This document shows, piece after piece, positions 59,518 through 64,000 of a stretch of 64,000 bases of DNA. Every line of letters starts with the position of its first letter. The stretch's first letter is position 1. Below the pieces are notes generated by a model. The model saw only the letters and a program-made list of their open reading frames with translations, was not told the origin of the DNA and ran no database searches. A program made the translations under genes and the position numbers. This DNA is from the human T2T-CHM13v2.0 reference genome, Homo sapiens. The DNA lies in assembly GCF_009914755.1 (NCBI RefSeq), contig NC_060925.1. One strand, 5' to 3'.

Positions 59518-59750
59518 CTTGTGTTCTTATTATGCACCAGTACAGTGCTAAGCATTTTACATGTGTAAATTCAGTTATTTCTTACAACCACTCAAAGATG
59601 TAAATAATATTATAGGCTCTTCCAAATGATGGAGATACTAGGGGCCAAGTTTGCTAGACAACTTGCCTTAGGTCACACAGTTAATAAGCAACATTGGGGC
59701 TCAGGCCTTATTAGAGCACCTTACTAGACACTCTGGATTGCCTCCCCACT
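59512..59750 (-). mobile_element. MIR
   Basis: 'cagtgctaagcattttacatg', 'caacttgccttaggtcacacagttaataag'. Confidence 0.65.
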
Positions 59751-59879
59751 GTTGAATGCTAGACAAAGGACTCACTGCCCAGGCTGCCATTTGCAAGTAG
59801 CCGGCCATTCTGTCTATAGTGTTGAGTCATCAGAGTATACATATGGACATGCAAACACCAAAACATCTGAACTATTTGG

Positions 59880-60050
59880 TGTGTCTACCTCCCATTTATT
59901 CAATAATTCATTCAAAAGCATTTATTGACAGCTTGTTCTATGCCAGGCTCTGTGCAAGTTCTGAAGGGTCCAGAGATGACTGAGACAAGTCCTTGCCCTT
60001 GGGAGCATTCCAACTCAAGTCAGGGGAACAGAAGTATTAAAAACAATTAT
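59880..60050 (-). mobile_element. L2 3' end
   Basis: 'attcattcaaaagcatttattgacagcttgttctatgccaggctctgtgc'. Confidence 0.7.
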
Positions 60051-60972
60051 ACGTGGCTGCCTGCTACCTAGCGCTGTGCCCTCAAATAAAAAGGAGGCTT
60101 CCAAGGTGAACTGAACCAATGCCCAGCCCTATGCCCAAAACCCTCAAGGTAAGAATTTTCTTCTTCAGTTCATCTTCCTCAACTGATAATTAGTCCACAC
60201 ATAGAGAGTCACTTTTACCAGTAAGCTATTCCACTGTGAGGGTTTCAATTTCCTTCGTGTAGCTAGAGCTATTCCCAAAGACAAGTCTTCTCATAAGCAA
60301 CCAGCTCCCCATAGGAATCCAACATTTTCCATAATCTCTTCCATTTTTTATTATATCTTTGAGGTGTTACTTAGCTGAACAAGAAAAGCAGTTTTGCTTA
60401 TGACTGGGTCTTCGCTTAGATTGAAATAGGGAATCCTCATTGTTTTATCTTGACACCAAGGGCTTAAGGATCTTAGGCCCTTGCAGACTATAAAAATGTC
60501 ACTAGGAAATTAAAATCTTAAAGATAAAAATAGTGGCATAGTTTTATTTATTTTTCCATTCTATAAATACTTATTGAACATGTAAAATGAGCCAGGTGCT
60601 TGACAGGGAATAAGGAATACAATAATATACAATGGTAAAATGGTCCTTCCCTTTAGACTTACAATCTGGTGAATGAGACATAGAGAGATGGAAAAATTTG
60701 AAGTACTATTAATATTAATCAGTATAGAGCAGGATGCAGTCACATGAATGGTAGGGGAGATAGACTGTTTAAGACATGGGGATAACATGTGCAAAGGATC
60801 AGACATAAAAATGTGCAAAGAACACTACAAAGACTAAAAGGAAAACAATGTTGTATGGCTAAACATGAAATAAAACCTGAAATATGGCAAGACATAAAAC
60901 TGGATATTTTTTTCTGGTGGGAGATTTAACATGCTCCAGGCCTCAGTTTTCTCATTTTCAAAACAAGAAAGG

Positions 60973-61246
<274 letters not shown>

Positions 61247-62422
61247 TTAACTGTGTACATAAAATACCTTCCAGCTTAAGTTAAGTGACATTAGCTTCCC
61301 TACAACCACGAATGAATACCCTGAGGACCCTCATCCTCACTGCCTATTAGAGGGGCAGCTGTTTTTCATGAATGAATCTGCAGGAATAGTACCATCTGAT
61401 TCAGTGTTTTCTTTGTGAGACATTCTCTGAGAATAGACTTTTTTCCAACAAGACACATAATTTCCATATCAATAAATGCATTTCAGTTCCTTAAGGAGAA
61501 AGGCTTTTTTCCTAAAAAAAGACCAAGATGTCCAAAGGGATGACAAAAGTTGAGTAGTTCTGTCTTATGTGGCCAGCGAGGGCAAAGAGCAAAATAGAAA
61601 AAGTGCCATCAGTAAGATTCAGAGCAAGCCCACTTAATACAATGCCATCTGTCCAGTGGTTGATCAATAACACAGACCTAAAAGAGGAGAGCTGGGTCTA
61701 TACTGGCCTTCAGCATTATCTCCTTGCACTGTTTTCAAGGAATTAAGGAGCTTCTTTGTCCCTTAACTCTTCAACCATCTAAGATATGAATAATCATAAT
61801 ATACTTTACTTTCTGAAGCATTTTGTGGATCAGGAAGTCCTTTTATATGAATTATCCTACTCAAGCCTCATGAGAACCCAGTGAACTAAGATTTCTTATC
61901 CCTTTTGTACAATGGGAAATCTTTGGTTCAGAATAAGTAACTCACCATGAGCCTCTCATTGGTCAATGGAGCTTTACAAACCAAAGACTCTTTGGATTTG
62001 CTCTGTTGCCAAAGAAAACTCTGAAGACCGGTTGGTGTGAAGGTTCTTGCCAAAAAATTTAAAATAAAAATGAAAATTTAACACATCTGACTTTTCTTTT
62101 CTGTTTGTTCCTCATACATTAAATATGATATTTAACCAATTATCTCAACTGCCTCTCAACTGCAGAAAGTTAACCTTTATATGGAATGTATTTTAATATT
62201 TTATCAATCCAGACCTAGCACCAAAAGATGATTTTATAAATTATTTCATCTACTACATCCTTATTTTCCTTCCACAAGATGGAAATTAGCATATTAATCA
62301 CTGCTAACATTTTTTGAGGATTTATTATTTAAAGGCACTATACTAAGTGCTTTTACATGGATTATCTTGTTTTATCCTTAAAACAGCCTCATGAGGCTGA
62401 ATATTTATTATGCCCATCTTCT

Positions 62423-62722
<300 letters not shown>

Positions 62723-64000
62723 TAGATGAAGAATATGAGGTCTTAAATGAGTTAAGAGATGCTCAAGTTTTCATAGCTAACGAAGAGGTGGGGCCAAAAT
62801 TCAAACCAAGACACTTCATTGCCAAACAGTGTCTGTGCTCTTAAAGTCCGATGCCTCCCTACCCCAAGACTCCCTCCGACAAGCAGCAGGGTTCCATAAA
62901 AAATAAAGGCAGTCTGTGCAATCCATGCAATCTCAAGGTTATGTGTGCAATTACTGATGGGGGTATAGGCATAGAACATCACACACTTCCTACCTTTCAG
63001 CTAGGATGACAATTTCAGTCTACTTCACAGGGATTTAGAGTACCATTGAAACTGCTTCTGAAGATACGCACTCTTCATATTCAGAGGGAGCCCCAGCCCC
63101 ACTGTGTTACTTTACCAGTGAGAGAGAGGGAACAGCAAGTACCTTCCAGGAGCCTGGCAACTGGCCAGCCTGTGATCAAGACCCTAGATTGGCAAGATTT
63201 AAAAGTGCAATCAGTCAACATGGGGGGAGGGAAAAAGCTAAGTGGTCCATATAGGAATCAAATGCACGAATCTGGCTTCATTAATATGCCTCATTAATTA
63301 ATCAAACAAACTCATCAAAACTGCATTCAAGTTTATGGGCAAATCGAGTTTATGGGCAAAAAGGCAAAGTCACCTTGCAAGTCTTATAAAAGAGAAGTGC
63401 TGTTCATTTGCTCATTTTATTATATTGTTTTTCAAACATCATATCAAATTGCCCCTGGTGTTGAAAGGAGGCCTTGCCTGGAATGCTGGTGGCCCAGGAG
63501 GCAACCCTGGAAGGAGCCTGCCCTGACACTCCTGATCCCGGCCCCTCCCTCAGCACCCACTGCTGGGGCAGTTGCCAACAGCACTGTAAATCCTGGGGGC
63601 TCTCAAAAGAAGAGAGACAGGAAGATTTTTGACATGATTCTGAAAAAACTATGATCCGGTTTGATAGATTTTAATTTCAGTTTAACATGGACCCCAGTTT
63701 TAGATGATCTTATTACATGTGCTCTTTTCAAAACATAAAAGTTAAAAATGAACCTTTAAAAAATCCCACCATCATTTTCACAAATAGCTTGCAGCAATTT
63801 GGTTATTGTTTTCCACCTCCAAAGGGCACAAAGCAATTACTCAGAGGGATAATTACAGGGATAGAAGGCATTGAGGAGCTGAGCCTTCCACCTCCAAATT
63901 CCGTCTCTGCTGGAAACTAAGCAATTGGCTCATAATTGCCAAACTCAACTAATGGGCATGAGAAGCCCAATGTCATTCATGTTGGGTATAAATGCTGAAG

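Noticed and set aside
55780-60155. Isolated strong plus-strand splice-like sites (acceptor near 55801, donor caag|gtaaga near 60149)
   Set aside because: No convincing partner sites or coding frame; such motifs are frequent by chance

Overview
AT-rich primate DNA, human-like on the basis of AluY, L1PA, LTR7 and Hsmar1 content. It is intergenic or deep-intronic. I find no intact protein-coding gene, RNA gene or CpG island. The ORF track is explained by L1, Alu, Hsmar1 and microsatellite translations or by chance ORFs. A large part of the window is interspersed repeat: nested L1s of several ages (L1M/L1ME, L1MC, L1MB, L1PB, L1PA), about 15 Alu-family elements, MaLR LTRs, a solo HERV-H LTR7-family LTR, MER58 and Tigger4a DNA elements, and MIR/L2 relics. 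The clearest non-routine features are a disabled SUMO1 processed pseudogene (~47347-48282) and a near full-length decayed Hsmar1 mariner (58214-59517). The best second-look items are retrotransposition scars: an unidentified polyadenylated ~260-bp retrocopy with a 15-bp TSD inside an L1 (4281-4570); two L1s stacked in one triplicated target site (7526-9187); an L1PA inside a twin-primed, 5'-inverted L1PA (32436-35918); and an unexplained 16-bp direct repeat bracketing 249 bp of unique DNA (25083-25363). I cannot support a new biological system here. Subfamily names are from recalled consensus sequences and need RepeatMasker/Dfam confirmation. Boundaries of old repeats are approximate.
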